In this document: in pieces, positions 1 through 8,587 of the stretch
Position numbering within the stretch: position 1 is the first letter of the stretch
Layout of the letters: each line of letters starts with the position of its first letter
From: Erysipelothrix larvae
GTDB taxonomy: Bacteria; Bacillota_I; Bacilli_A; Erysipelotrichales; Erysipelotrichaceae
Assembly: GCF_001545095.1 (NCBI RefSeq)
Contig: NZ_CP013213.1
Location: 2,463,109 to 2,495,108, forward strand
Reading direction: 5' to 3'
Length of the DNA stretch: 32,000 nucleotides
Position numbers and translations under genes: made by a program
Notes under the pieces: generated by a model
The model's database searches: none
What the model saw: only the letters and a program-made list of their open reading frames with translations
What the model was told of the DNA's origin: nothing

Positions 1-129
1 AGTTCTGTTACAGAACACTTTAATCAACCATCACCAAAAGCTTTAATCATTGTACCATTGTGTAATGCAGTGTTTATCGACATTGTCGCCATTCCTGCAA
101 TCCTTTGGTTCTTACAAACATTTGCATAA
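1..129 (+). CDS. 3' end of an unidentified hydrophobic (membrane) protein, partial at window edge
   Basis: Frame 1 is open from the window edge to TAA at 127-129. Its tail ...VPLCNAVFIDIVAIPAILWFLQTFA* is hydrophobic. It ends 27 nt before the next start, so it is probably in the same operon. Too short to name. Confidence 0.35.
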   Translation, partial: SSVTEHFNQPSPKALIIVPLCNAVFIDIVAIPAILWFLQTFA

Positions 130-156
130 ATTATTAAAATATAAAAGGAGAAAATT

Positions 157-1053
157 ATGTCAAAATTAATCGAATGCATTCCTAACTTTAGTGAAGGACG
201 CGATCAAACAATTATCAATGCGCTTGTTGATACCGCAACAAGTATCAAAGGCGTTACCTTACTGGATCACTCATCTGATGAAAGTCACAATCGCAGTGTA
301 TTCACACTTGTGGGAACACCTGAGGGTATTGAGGAAGCAGCTTTTGAATTGTGCAAGAAAGCATCTGAACTTATTGATATGAGAAAACACACGGGTGAAC
401 ACCCACGTATGGGAGCGACTGACGTCATCCCCTTTGTTCCAGTAAAAAACGCAACCGCAAAGGACTGTGTTGAAATCTCGATTAATGTCGCAAAACGCAT
501 CTCAGAGTCATTAGGAATTCCTACATTCCTCTATGAAGATTCCGCAACACGTCCTGAACGTAAGAATCTTGCGAAAGTACGTAAGGGCCAATTTGAAGGA
601 ATGCCTGAGAAGTTGCTTGAAGAAGATTGGGCACCAGACTTTGGTGAACGAAAGATTCATGAAACAGCGGGTGTCACAGCCGTTGGAGGTAGAATGCCAC
701 TGGTAGCATTCAATGTGAACTTGAACACCAGCGACATCAATATTGCGAATAAGATTGCGAAGAAAATACGTGGATCAAGTGGTGGTTACACATACATTAA
801 AGGAATCGGCGTGATGCTTGAAGATCGTAACATAGCACAAGTATCCATGAATCTTGTGAACTACGAAAAAAATGCAATGTATGTTGCCTTTGAAACAATT
901 AAGTTTGAAGCGAAACGCTATGGTGTCGAAATCCTTGGTAGTGAAGTTATTGGATTAACACCGATGAAAGCATTAATTGACTGTGCAGAATATTATCTTC
1001 AAATTGAAGACTTTGATTATGCAAAACAAGTCTTAGAAAACCACATATTATAA
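157..1053 (+). CDS. ftcD: Glutamate formimidoyltransferase (stand-alone FTCD N-terminal-type formiminotransferase)
   Basis: 298-aa ORF with AAGGAG 6 nt upstream of the ATG. The N-terminus MSKLIECIPNFSEGRD is the hallmark start of the formiminotransferase family. The length fits the two FT subdomains without a fused cyclodeaminase. Confidence 0.9.
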   Translation: MSKLIECIPNFSEGRDQTIINALVDTATSIKGVTLLDHSSDESHNRSVFTLVGTPEGIEEAAFELCKKASELIDMRKHTGEHPRMGATDVIPFVPVKNATAKDCVEISINVAKRISESLGIPTFLYEDSATRPERKNLAKVRKGQFEGMPEKLLEEDWAPDFGERKIHETAGVTAVGGRMPLVAFNVNLNTSDINIANKIAKKIRGSSGGYTYIKGIGVMLEDRNIAQVSMNLVNYEKNAMYVAFETIKFEAKRYGVEILGSEVIGLTPMKALIDCAEYYLQIEDFDYAKQVLENHIL

Positions 1054-1067
1054 AGGAGCTATACACA

Positions 1068-1694
1068 ATGAAACTTGTTGATTTAACCCTAAAAGACTTT
1101 ACGTCTGAACTTGCTTCCAGTTCGCCTGCACCAGGCGGCGGTAGTGCTGCAGCTTTATCTGGATCAATAGGTGTATCCTTAGTGAGTATGGTCGGAACTT
1201 TGACTTTAGGTTCTAAGAAATATGCTCAACACCATGACGCTACACAAGGACTGATAGACCAAGCAGATGCATCCCGTTTGGAGTTTCTACGGATTGTTGA
1301 TGCAGATACAGAATCCTTTAATATCGTAAGTGATGCCTTTAAATTACCTAAAGAAACACCTGAAGATAAAGCAGCGCGTTCTGTTGCAATCCAAGCAGGT
1401 TTGAAGCAATGCACATTAACCCCTTATCAAATCCTTGAACAAGCGCTTGTTGGGATGAAACTGATTGAAGCCATGCTCGAAGGATTTAATACGAGTGCAT
1501 CGAGTGACTTAGGTGTTGCTGCGCTTCACCTTCACACTGCAGCATATGGAGGGTGGTATAATATTTTAATCAACTTGTCATCCATTAAAGATCAAGCGTT
1601 TGTGGATGACTATACGACGAAAGGAACATACCTTCTAGAAACCATTGATACGCTACATCAACAGATTCTGGATAAAGTTGCTTCTTATTTATAA
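1068..1694 (+). CDS. Cyclodeaminase/cyclohydrolase family protein (formimidoyl-THF cyclodeaminase or FchA-like methenyl-THF cyclohydrolase)
   Basis: 208-aa ORF with an AAGGAG RBS. It carries the motif APGGGSAAALSGSIG, and its size of about 200 aa fits the FTCD C-terminal / FchA family. It lies directly after the transferase gene. Confidence 0.85.
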   Translation: MKLVDLTLKDFTSELASSSPAPGGGSAAALSGSIGVSLVSMVGTLTLGSKKYAQHHDATQGLIDQADASRLEFLRIVDADTESFNIVSDAFKLPKETPEDKAARSVAIQAGLKQCTLTPYQILEQALVGMKLIEAMLEGFNTSASSDLGVAALHLHTAAYGGWYNILINLSSIKDQAFVDDYTTKGTYLLETIDTLHQQILDKVASYL

Positions 1695-2242
1695 TGGATA
1701 TCATTTCAATTGACACACTGCAAACTACATCATGGTCTGGTGGGATTACACATCAGATAGCGATTTATCCAAGTGACGCAGTATTCGCTCATCATGATTT
1801 TATTTACAGAGTTTCAAGTGCAGAGGTAGAGTTGGACGAATCCAACTTTACCTCCTTTAAAAAGTACACACGATACATCATTTCACTCAATAACCCACTA
1901 AAGATTTCCCATAATAAGGGTGGCCACATTGAATTAGATCCGCTTCAGGTACATCGTTTTAGCGGAGATGTTGAAACAACCGCTTATGGGAAATGTAGCG
2001 ACTTTAACTTGATTATACAAAATGGCCTCCTTGGATCAATTGGTGTATTACGCCATGACCTTCAAGAAATACCATCGGGGCATACGATTATCTATGCGTA
2101 TGATGAGCGGGTTTATTTAGAAGTAAATGGTGAAAGTCGAATCATCGAAAAGCATAAAGCACTCCTCATTCGAAGTAAAGAACCAATTAAAGTGGGATTC
2201 CTTAGTTCTCGTGCTGTATATGCAAACATTCAAATTAATTAA
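1694..2242 (+). CDS. hutD: HutD-family protein
   Basis: 182 aa. The start overlaps the upstream stop by 1 nt (TAATG). Patterns WSGGITHQIAIYP, RVSSAEV...FTSF and DFNLI match HutD as I remember it from Pseudomonas. Confidence 0.75.
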   Translation: MDIISIDTLQTTSWSGGITHQIAIYPSDAVFAHHDFIYRVSSAEVELDESNFTSFKKYTRYIISLNNPLKISHNKGGHIELDPLQVHRFSGDVETTAYGKCSDFNLIIQNGLLGSIGVLRHDLQEIPSGHTIIYAYDERVYLEVNGESRIIEKHKALLIRSKEPIKVGFLSSRAVYANIQIN

Positions 2243-2316
2243 ATTAACGAAAAAGAAAGGGATATGGTGATGAGTCAAATTCTGATCAACATCATCATAC
2301 TAGGAGTTTTAAGTTT

Positions 2317-3987
2317 ATGTCGTATCTCAGTGATATAGAAATCGTTCAACAAGCACATCTTAAACCAATAGTTGAGGTTGCCATGAAGTTGAATGTAGAA
2401 GAATCCTTGTATTATTATGGGAAGTATAAAGCAAAACTGAACATCCATCATCTCGAAGATAAGGAACCTTCAGGAAAACTCGTCTTGGTTACTGCGATTA
2501 ATCCAACACCTGCAGGCGAGGGGAAAACCACAACCTCAATTGGCCTTGGTGATGCACTTAATCGACTGGGTAAGAAAACAATTATTGCCTTAAGAGAACC
2601 TTCTTTAGGTCCCGTATTTGGTGTGAAGGGCGGTGCCGCAGGAGGCGGGTATGCACAAGTTGTTCCAATGGAAGATATCAACCTGCATTTCACGGGCGAT
2701 TTTCATGCAATCGGTGCTGCAAATAATTTGCTCGCAGCTTTAATCGATAATCACATCTATCAAGGAAACGCACTTAACATTGATCCTCGTAGAGTCACAT
2801 GGCGCCGTGTTGTTGATATGAACGATCGTCAACTTCGAAATATTGTGGATGGGTTAGGTGGTAAAACAAATGGCGAACCACGAGAAGATGGGTTTGACAT
2901 TACCGTTGCCTCTGAAGTGATGGCTGTCCTTTGTCTTGCGAAAAATATTACAGACTTAAAAGAACGATTGGGTCGTATGGTTGTGGGTTATAATCGAAAT
3001 GATGAACCGATTACTGCAAAAGACTTAAACGCACAGGGTGCTATGGCAGCCTTACTCAAAGAAGCAATCAAACCAAACCTTGTTCAGACACTCGAAGGAA
3101 ATGCAGCCTTAATTCATGGAGGGCCTTTCGCAAACATAGCGCATGGATGTAATTCATTGATTGCAACTCAAACTGCACTTAAACTTGCGGATTATGTCAT
3201 CACAGAAGCTGGATTTGGCGCAGACTTAGGTGCGGAAAAGTTTATTGATATTAAGTGTCGCAGTCTTAATAAATCGCCAGATGCAGTTGTACTTGTTGCT
3301 ACTGTACGCGCCTTAAAAATGCATGGGGGACAAAAGAAGGCTGATCTTGAAACAAAGAATCTTGACGCATTAGAAAAGGGAATTCCAAATCTATTACGTC
3401 ACATTGAAAGCATAACTCAATGCTTTGGACTCCCAGTTGTTGTTGCGATTAATAAATTCCCAACAGATCATGAAGCGGAACTTCAACTTATTCGTGATAA
3501 ATGTCGTTTGCACAATGTCAATGTTGCACTTTCTGATGTATGGGCAAAGGGTGGAAAAGGGGGAGAAGCACTTGCAAAAGAAGTGATTAATCTTGTTGAA
3601 CACGGTGTTCCTCATTTCAATTACGCTTATGAATTAGAAGATTCAATCGAGACTAAAATTGAAAAGATTGTTACTAGAATATATGGCGGCTCTTCTGTTA
3701 GCTATACCGCGAAGGCTCGAAAAACCATCAAGAAACTTACGGAACTTGGCTATCATACCTTGCCAATCTGTATGGCAAAGACACAGTATTCACTCTCTGA
3801 TGATGCAAAACGCATTGGTCGCCCTGAAGGCTTTGATATCACAATTCGTGATGTAAAGGTATCGGCAGGCGCTGGCTTTATTGTGGTCTTAACTGGAGAA
3901 ATCATGACCATGCCTGGACTTCCTAAAGTACCATCAGCAAACAGTATTGATATTGATGAAGATGGTAAAATAAGTGGACTCTTCTAG
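2317..3987 (+). CDS. fhs: Formate--tetrahydrofolate ligase (formyl-THF synthetase)
   Basis: 556 aa with AGGAG 10 nt upstream. It has the P-loop region [17 protein letters not shown] and a C-terminal region typical of Fhs. Confidence 0.97.
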   Translation: MSYLSDIEIVQQAHLKPIVEVAMKLNVEESLYYYGKYKAKLNIHHLEDKEPSGKLVLVTAINPTPAGEGKTTTSIGLGDALNRLGKKTIIALREPSLGPVFGVKGGAAGGGYAQVVPMEDINLHFTGDFHAIGAANNLLAALIDNHIYQGNALNIDPRRVTWRRVVDMNDRQLRNIVDGLGGKTNGEPREDGFDITVASEVMAVLCLAKNITDLKERLGRMVVGYNRNDEPITAKDLNAQGAMAALLKEAIKPNLVQTLEGNAALIHGGPFANIAHGCNSLIATQTALKLADYVITEAGFGADLGAEKFIDIKCRSLNKSPDAVVLVATVRALKMHGGQKKADLETKNLDALEKGIPNLLRHIESITQCFGLPVVVAINKFPTDHEAELQLIRDKCRLHNVNVALSDVWAKGGKGGEALAKEVINLVEHGVPHFNYAYELEDSIETKIEKIVTRIYGGSSVSYTAKARKTIKKLTELGYHTLPICMAKTQYSLSDDAKRIGRPEGFDITIRDVKVSAGAGFIVVLTGEIMTMPGLPKVPSANSIDIDEDGKISGLF

Positions 3988-3996
3988 TTATACCTT

Positions 3997-4029
3997 AAAA
4001 AACGCAAGCACTTTACACTTGCGTTTTTT
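3997..4029. terminator. Bidirectional intrinsic terminator between convergent fhs and the AraC-family gene
   Basis: A-run, then stem ACGCAAG (4002-4008), a 9-nt loop, stem CTTGCGT (4018-4024), then T6. The right arm overlaps the last codons of the - strand gene. Confidence 0.7.
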
Positions 4030-4861
4030 CTATATCCAACCCCTCATTTTCTATTGGAATCCATAGCTCAGCATAGGAGTTCTTTCCATTGAAACAATAA
4101 TACTCAAGGTCGTATTGAAAACGTCTTTTATAGTGTGTTTCTTGAAGCCACACCGAGTAAATTGCATCCCAGGTTTTTTGCACGTTCTCAACGATCGGAT
4201 TCACCACCTTAAAAACTGCATAATATGATGCTTCAAGATGAAGTCCGGGTTTATTAGGATCCATAATCTCTAGATTCCCAATGATATAGGTAAAATCATG
4301 AGTTTCACTTAACATACAGACACCCACAGCATTACACATTGGTTCGTGGTTGGTTTTGAGGTACTCACTCCATAGCTTTGGAATGACTTGATAACTCTTC
4401 GTCTCAATATGAACCGGGGATCCTTCAACTGTGAGCGCAGGTATAAATTCAATTGTTGGAAACAAACCATCAGCGTGAATCAAATAGCGGTTAATCACAT
4501 TCTCTAAACTTAAAGGGGCTCTGAGTTCATAAAAGTTTTGATTCTTTCGCATCATCGAAGGACTCTCACCATAAAGTTTTTCAAAAGCTCGGCTAAATGC
4601 TTCTCGTGAACTATAACCATAGTGTATTGCGATGTCGATAATGGGGCTTGAATTACTGATTAGGTCCCTTGCAGCCTCAGTCATGATACGCTTTCGAATG
4701 TAATCTCTAAGAGAATCTCCAACACAATAACGAAAAATACGATGAAAGTGATAAAGAGAGTATCCTGCGTTTGAGGCAATTGCATTTAAATCAATGCTCT
4801 CATTTAAGTTCGCTTCAATCGTATCTAAAGCGTGTTTTATTGTGTTAATAAGATCATTCAT
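4013..4861 (-). CDS. AraC-family transcriptional regulator with C-terminal GyrI-like effector-binding domain
   Basis: 282 aa. The N-terminal double HTH (AGYSLYHFHRIFRYCVGDSL...IAIHYGYSSREAFSRAFEKLYGESP) is classic AraC/XylS. The remaining ~170 aa fit a GyrI-like small-molecule-binding fold. The start overlaps the upstream stop (ATGA), with AGGAG upstream. Confidence 0.9.
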   Translation of the reverse strand: MNDLINTIKHALDTIEANLNESIDLNAIASNAGYSLYHFHRIFRYCVGDSLRDYIRKRIMTEAARDLISNSSPIIDIAIHYGYSSREAFSRAFEKLYGESPSMMRKNQNFYELRAPLSLENVINRYLIHADGLFPTIEFIPALTVEGSPVHIETKSYQVIPKLWSEYLKTNHEPMCNAVGVCMLSETHDFTYIIGNLEIMDPNKPGLHLEASYYAVFKVVNPIVENVQKTWDAIYSVWLQETHYKRRFQYDLEYYCFNGKNSYAELWIPIENEGLDIEKTQV

Positions 4862-5730
4862 ACTGACTCCTGAAATCCATTATAAATTACACTCAAATCA
4901 CTCGGTGCTTTTATACGCGGGTTGTTTTTTATATGTTCAATCAATATTTGAGGGTTTTTGTCCACCTGTAAAATGGCATGTGCAAGTGTATCCATACTTT
5001 CATAATCTGCATCATTCCATTGATCAATCGGCAAGTTTTTATACCCTTCCCAATAATCCCATGGATACAATGGCATTTTCAACAAAGCATTCGCGTCTAG
5101 GATTAGGTTGCATGCTAAGTATTCATAGCCCCAATAAGTATAAATCCCAAATTTGCTGGGATCATAGTTTCCGTGTCTACAACCTAACCATGCTTCAGCA
5201 GCATTTATAAAGCGTGGAGCAGGCACGTTGTTTGAATCAAAATCACAGTTCAACTCTTCTCTTTGAAGTTCATCCAATTGGACATCAACCATCACCCATC
5301 GTTGCTCTTTATCATTATAAGTCTCAAGGACCCAATGGTCGATGAATAAACCCTCTTCTAGGTAATCTGCAAAGCCACATCTTGGTCGTGCAGCGATTCC
5401 TACTTCACGACACAGTGCTGTTGCGATGACTGAAAAGTCACGACAAATCCCAAGGATTCTTTGATTTGGTAATAATGGTGTTGAGATGGAGTTAATCCCT
5501 TTTGCATGTAACACCTTAAGTTTTTCTTCGACACTTCTTAAATAGATTTCTGCTTCTTGTTTTTGTGTTGGCGTCACATGATATCGTTTAGCCCAATGGC
5601 GGTGAAGGCAGATATTTTGAGTCAATCTAACTATTTCCTCAAGACTTTGAGGGTATATGCTGATCATAAACCGCATTGACTTTGGGTCTGTCATGATGCC
5701 ATGTTTGGTATAATCAATGGTTGATTTCAT
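4858..5730 (-). CDS. Transglutaminase-like (papain-fold) domain protein
   Basis: The Cys-His-Asp core is recognisable: GICRDFSVIATALCREVGIAAR, IDHWVLETY and WVMVDVQ. I moved the start to MKSTIDY (ATG at 5730), which has a GAAGGGA RBS 5 nt upstream. The 15-codon extension in the ORF track has no RBS. Confidence 0.8.
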   Translation of the reverse strand: MKSTIDYTKHGIMTDPKSMRFMISIYPQSLEEIVRLTQNICLHRHWAKRYHVTPTQKQEAEIYLRSVEEKLKVLHAKGINSISTPLLPNQRILGICRDFSVIATALCREVGIAARPRCGFADYLEEGLFIDHWVLETYNDKEQRWVMVDVQLDELQREELNCDFDSNNVPAPRFINAAEAWLGCRHGNYDPSKFGIYTYWGYEYLACNLILDANALLKMPLYPWDYWEGYKNLPIDQWNDADYESMDTLAHAILQVDKNPQILIEHIKNNPRIKAPSDLSVIYNGFQESV

Positions 5731-5849
5731 CTTAATCCCTTCTTTCTCAACTCCATTATATGCAATACAACACAAGAAGGCATGATAGTTTGTGCTAATA
5801 CGATGATACCAGCTTGTAAAGAAGCTAAAGCATAGGATACTTATGCATT

Positions 5850-6596
5850 TTAGTCCCCGTGTTCTTTCTTATTTTTTGTAGCCTTAATCAGTAACATCAT
5901 AGGACGTTTTAGTTCGTACATCATGCCATCAATGTCCAAAGCATCCTTAGAAGGTTCTGCCTCAACTAAAGCATCGATGGTCATTCCTGTATTAATGAGT
6001 CCGTTCACAATTTGAGTGAGTGTATGATGATACTTCTCAATGGTATGACCAAGGAATTGAGTGCTTCTTAGCCCTGGTTCATAGTAACGATCAACTGGCC
6101 ATACATCTGGGGTCCCATCCTCTTTGTAAATCCATTCTTGATTCACACCACTCGTGTATGTTGGGTGTTCAATGTTCAGCAGGAATATTCCGTTTGGCTT
6201 CAGTGTCTTGGCAATATTTCGATAGACTTCATCTAGATCGTCGATATAGTGAAGTGCTAAGTTTGATAATACCAAATCATATGTTTCAAAAGGATACGCA
6301 TAATCCATAATACCAATTACTTTATACGCTATTTTTTCATCTGCATTTCGAGTCAAAGCTTCCTGAATCATTTTTTCACTATGATCAATTGCAACTACAG
6401 TCTTAGCGCCTTGTTCAACCATATACTTTGCATGCCAGCCATAGCCACACCCTAAATCAAGGATACACATATCCTTTACATCTGGAAACATTTCCTTAAA
6501 CTGAACCCATTCACCTGCACCGCTTAGTCCTTCTTTACTCCGTGTCATGGACTTATAAGCATTAAAGAAGGTGGGGTTGTTATAGTTGTTTTTCAT
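5850..6596 (-). CDS. Class I SAM-dependent methyltransferase
   Basis: Motif I ILDLGCGYGWHAKYMVEQGAKTVVAIDHSEKMI and post-I/II motifs (LVLSNLALHYIDD) are present. I moved the start to ATG at 6596, with GAGGA 5 nt upstream. The GTG start in the track lies inside that RBS. Confidence 0.85.
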   Translation of the reverse strand: MKNNYNNPTFFNAYKSMTRSKEGLSGAGEWVQFKEMFPDVKDMCILDLGCGYGWHAKYMVEQGAKTVVAIDHSEKMIQEALTRNADEKIAYKVIGIMDYAYPFETYDLVLSNLALHYIDDLDEVYRNIAKTLKPNGIFLLNIEHPTYTSGVNQEWIYKEDGTPDVWPVDRYYEPGLRSTQFLGHTIEKYHHTLTQIVNGLINTGMTIDALVEAEPSKDALDIDGMMYELKRPMMLLIKATKNKKEHGD

Positions 6597-6901
6597 GTTA
6601 GTCCTCACTTATTCATATACAGACCCATTATACAACAGTTTTTACTTATATTGTTTTTTATCGATATATTAACGAAGCCATCACGCACTCTGGGGTTATT
6701 ACCTTTTACCTGTACTGATATTTTGCTTTGTTCCTTACTTCTGCGAGTCTGTTTCAATTTATGATTAATCTAGATCTATAGTATTTCAGTGAAATACATC
6801 TTATTTTTTGTAATAAACGATTGATGTTCAACCATATCAATATGAATTTCGATACTTAAAATGTCCAAAATAAAATTCTGCTATAAAATAATCTGAAAAC
6901 C

Positions 6902-6930
6902 TTTACATTATGACATCATGATGTTATGAT
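6902..6930 (+). promoter_or_regulatory. Sigma-A type promoter of the PTS/amino-sugar-acid operon
   Basis: TTTACA (6902-6907), a 17-nt spacer, then TATGAT (6925-6930) preceded by TGT (extended -10). It lies ~30 nt upstream of the AGGAGG RBS at 6951-6957. Confidence 0.6.
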
Positions 6931-6933
6931 GTC
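6912..6933. promoter_or_regulatory. Inverted repeat (candidate repressor operator) overlapping the promoter spacer and -10
   Basis: GACATCAT (6912-6919), 6 nt, then ATGATGTC (6926-6933), a perfect 8-bp inverted repeat. A nested palindrome CATCATGATG sits at 6914-6923. The position is right for the GntR/HutC regulator encoded at 13796-14488. Confidence 0.4.
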
Positions 6934-6961
6934 TGCATATCCATTATACAAGGAGGAGACC

Positions 6962-8257
6962 ATGGAGAAATTTATGCAATTTTTGGAAGAACGCATTATG
7001 CCTTCCGCAACAAAAATTAGTACTCAACGCCATATGGCTGCAATTAGAAAGGGGATTGTAGCTACATTACCATTGACTATTGTAGGGTCATTTTTTACAA
7101 TTTTACTTAATGTTCCTATTGATTCTATCGCAGCAATGCTTGCACCTTATGCTTCTGTAATCGATATTCCTTTCCGTTATACGGTTGGAATTCTATCATT
7201 GTATTGCTCATTTACAATCGCTGCAACTTTAGGCGAATCCTATAAGTTGAATACAATAACTTCTGGAATGTTAGGAACTTTAGCCTTTCTAATTACTACA
7301 GTTACTCCAACACGCGTTACTGAAGCCGTTGACGGTGTGATTGCTTCTGGACGATATATTAACATTGCAAACTTAAGCTCTCAATCATTATTTTCTGCAA
7401 TCTTAACTGCAATTCTCGCTGTGGAAATCTACAATTTTATGCAAAAGAAGAATTTTACATTGAAAATTCCTGATGGTGTTCCGCCAGAAGTTTCTAACTC
7501 TTTCATTGCACTTATTCCAACTGCCGTTATCATACTTTTATTCTGGTTTGTTCGTTATTTCTTCAATCTTAATATCAACGAACTATTAACCACTGCTTTA
7601 ACACCACTAAAAGGAATTCTAGCAGGAAACAGCCTACTCGGTGGCTTACTGACTGTTCTACTAATTTGTGTTTTCTGGGTTCTTGGTATTCACGGACCTG
7701 CAATCCTAGGACCAATCATTCGTCCATTCTGGGATATGTCAATTGCTGAAAACATGGAAGCATTTGCTGCTGGAGTTTCTGCAAACGCGCTTCCAAACAT
7801 CTTCACTGAGCAATTCCTTCAATGGTTTGTTTGGATTGGTGGAGCTGGTGCAACACTCGCATTAACATTATTATTCTTAAGATCAAAATCTACCTACTTT
7901 AAGAAATTAGGAAAACTTTCATTCTTACCCGGTCTGTTCAACATCAATGAACCAATGATATTTGGTGCTCCTATCGTTATGAATCCAATCCTTGCGATTC
8001 CATTCATCGTTGCGCCATTGGTTACAACAACGCTCTCTTATGTATTAACAATTACTAATATTGTTCCGATGATGATGGCTCGATTACCATTTACAGTAAT
8101 TTCACCTATCGCTGCATGGATGAGTACAGATTGGAGCATTACTGCTGGTGCATTAGTTATCGTAAACTTTATTATTTCTGTAGCAATCTATTATCCATTC
8201 TTTAAAGTTGCTGAAAAGCAACAACTTGCTAAGGAACTAGAAGGCAATAACTCATAA
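6962..8257 (+). CDS. PTS EIIC permease, lactose/cellobiose (Lac) family
   Basis: 431 aa and polytopic. The N-terminus MEKFMQFLEERIMPSATKISTQRHMAAIRKGIVATLPLTIVGSFF is typical of CelB/LicC-type EIIC. I set the start at 6962 (AGGAGG 5 nt upstream). The track start at 6926 lies inside the promoter -10. Confidence 0.9.
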   Translation: MEKFMQFLEERIMPSATKISTQRHMAAIRKGIVATLPLTIVGSFFTILLNVPIDSIAAMLAPYASVIDIPFRYTVGILSLYCSFTIAATLGESYKLNTITSGMLGTLAFLITTVTPTRVTEAVDGVIASGRYINIANLSSQSLFSAILTAILAVEIYNFMQKKNFTLKIPDGVPPEVSNSFIALIPTAVIILLFWFVRYFFNLNINELLTTALTPLKGILAGNSLLGGLLTVLLICVFWVLGIHGPAILGPIIRPFWDMSIAENMEAFAAGVSANALPNIFTEQFLQWFVWIGGAGATLALTLLFLRSKSTYFKKLGKLSFLPGLFNINEPMIFGAPIVMNPILAIPFIVAPLVTTTLSYVLTITNIVPMMMARLPFTVISPIAAWMSTDWSITAGALVIVNFIISVAIYYPFFKVAEKQQLAKELEGNNS

Positions 8258-8284
8258 TCTACAATATATTTTGAAAGGAGACGT

Positions 8285-8312
8285 ACGAGGGACATAATTA
8301 GGTGTTCCTCGT
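8285..8312 (+). other. Intra-operon RNA hairpin after the EIIC gene
   Basis: ACGAGGGACA (8285-8294) pairs with TGTTCCTCGT (8303-8312): 10 bp including one G-U pair, with an 8-nt loop. It is followed by A/U-rich sequence without a clean U-run. Confidence 0.4.
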
Positions 8313-8322
8313 ATAATTATTT

Positions 8323-8586
8323 ATGACACTCTATGAATTATTAACACTTGTTTGCATCTTTATCCTTTGTCAAATTACAGCTCGCAATAAACTGTTAGTC
8401 AATCAAATTAAGGATTATTCTTTGCTTAAGTTATCATTGATAAGCTTAGGTTTAATTGCAATCACAATAATTATTACAATCATCGCTCATTTATCACTAT
8501 GGCTTGTAGTTGGGATGACACTCTTTACTGCCATAATTACAATTAATCAATATAATGCATCGTTAGAAAACGCAAGGAGGATGTGA
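8323..8586 (+). CDS. Small hypothetical membrane protein (87 aa, 2-3 predicted TM segments)
   Basis: The ORF sits exactly between EIIC and the DUF871 gene, and its stop lies 1 nt before the next ATG. It has hydrophobic stretches (LLTLVCIFILCQI, LISLGLIAITIIITIIAHLSLWLVVGMTLFTAII). There is no clear RBS, so coding status is uncertain. Confidence 0.45.
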   Translation: MTLYELLTLVCIFILCQITARNKLLVNQIKDYSLLKLSLISLGLIAITIIITIIAHLSLWLVVGMTLFTAIITINQYNASLENARRM

Positions 8587-8587
8587 G

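Noticed and set aside
4794-5210. 138-aa ORF on the + strand.
   Set aside because: It is antisense to the transglutaminase-like gene, with no RBS and no recognisable motifs.
6841-6910. A search for a catabolite-responsive element (cre) upstream of the PTS operon. Candidates were TGAATTTCGATACT and CTGAAAACCTTTACA.
   Set aside because: Both candidates miss the central CG and the flanking positions of the TGWAANCGNTNWCA consensus.
6926-6961. A 12-codon N-terminal extension of the EIIC gene (MMSAYPLYKEET).
   Set aside because: Its ATG lies inside the -10 hexamer of the predicted promoter and upstream of the AGGAGG RBS that serves ATG 6962.
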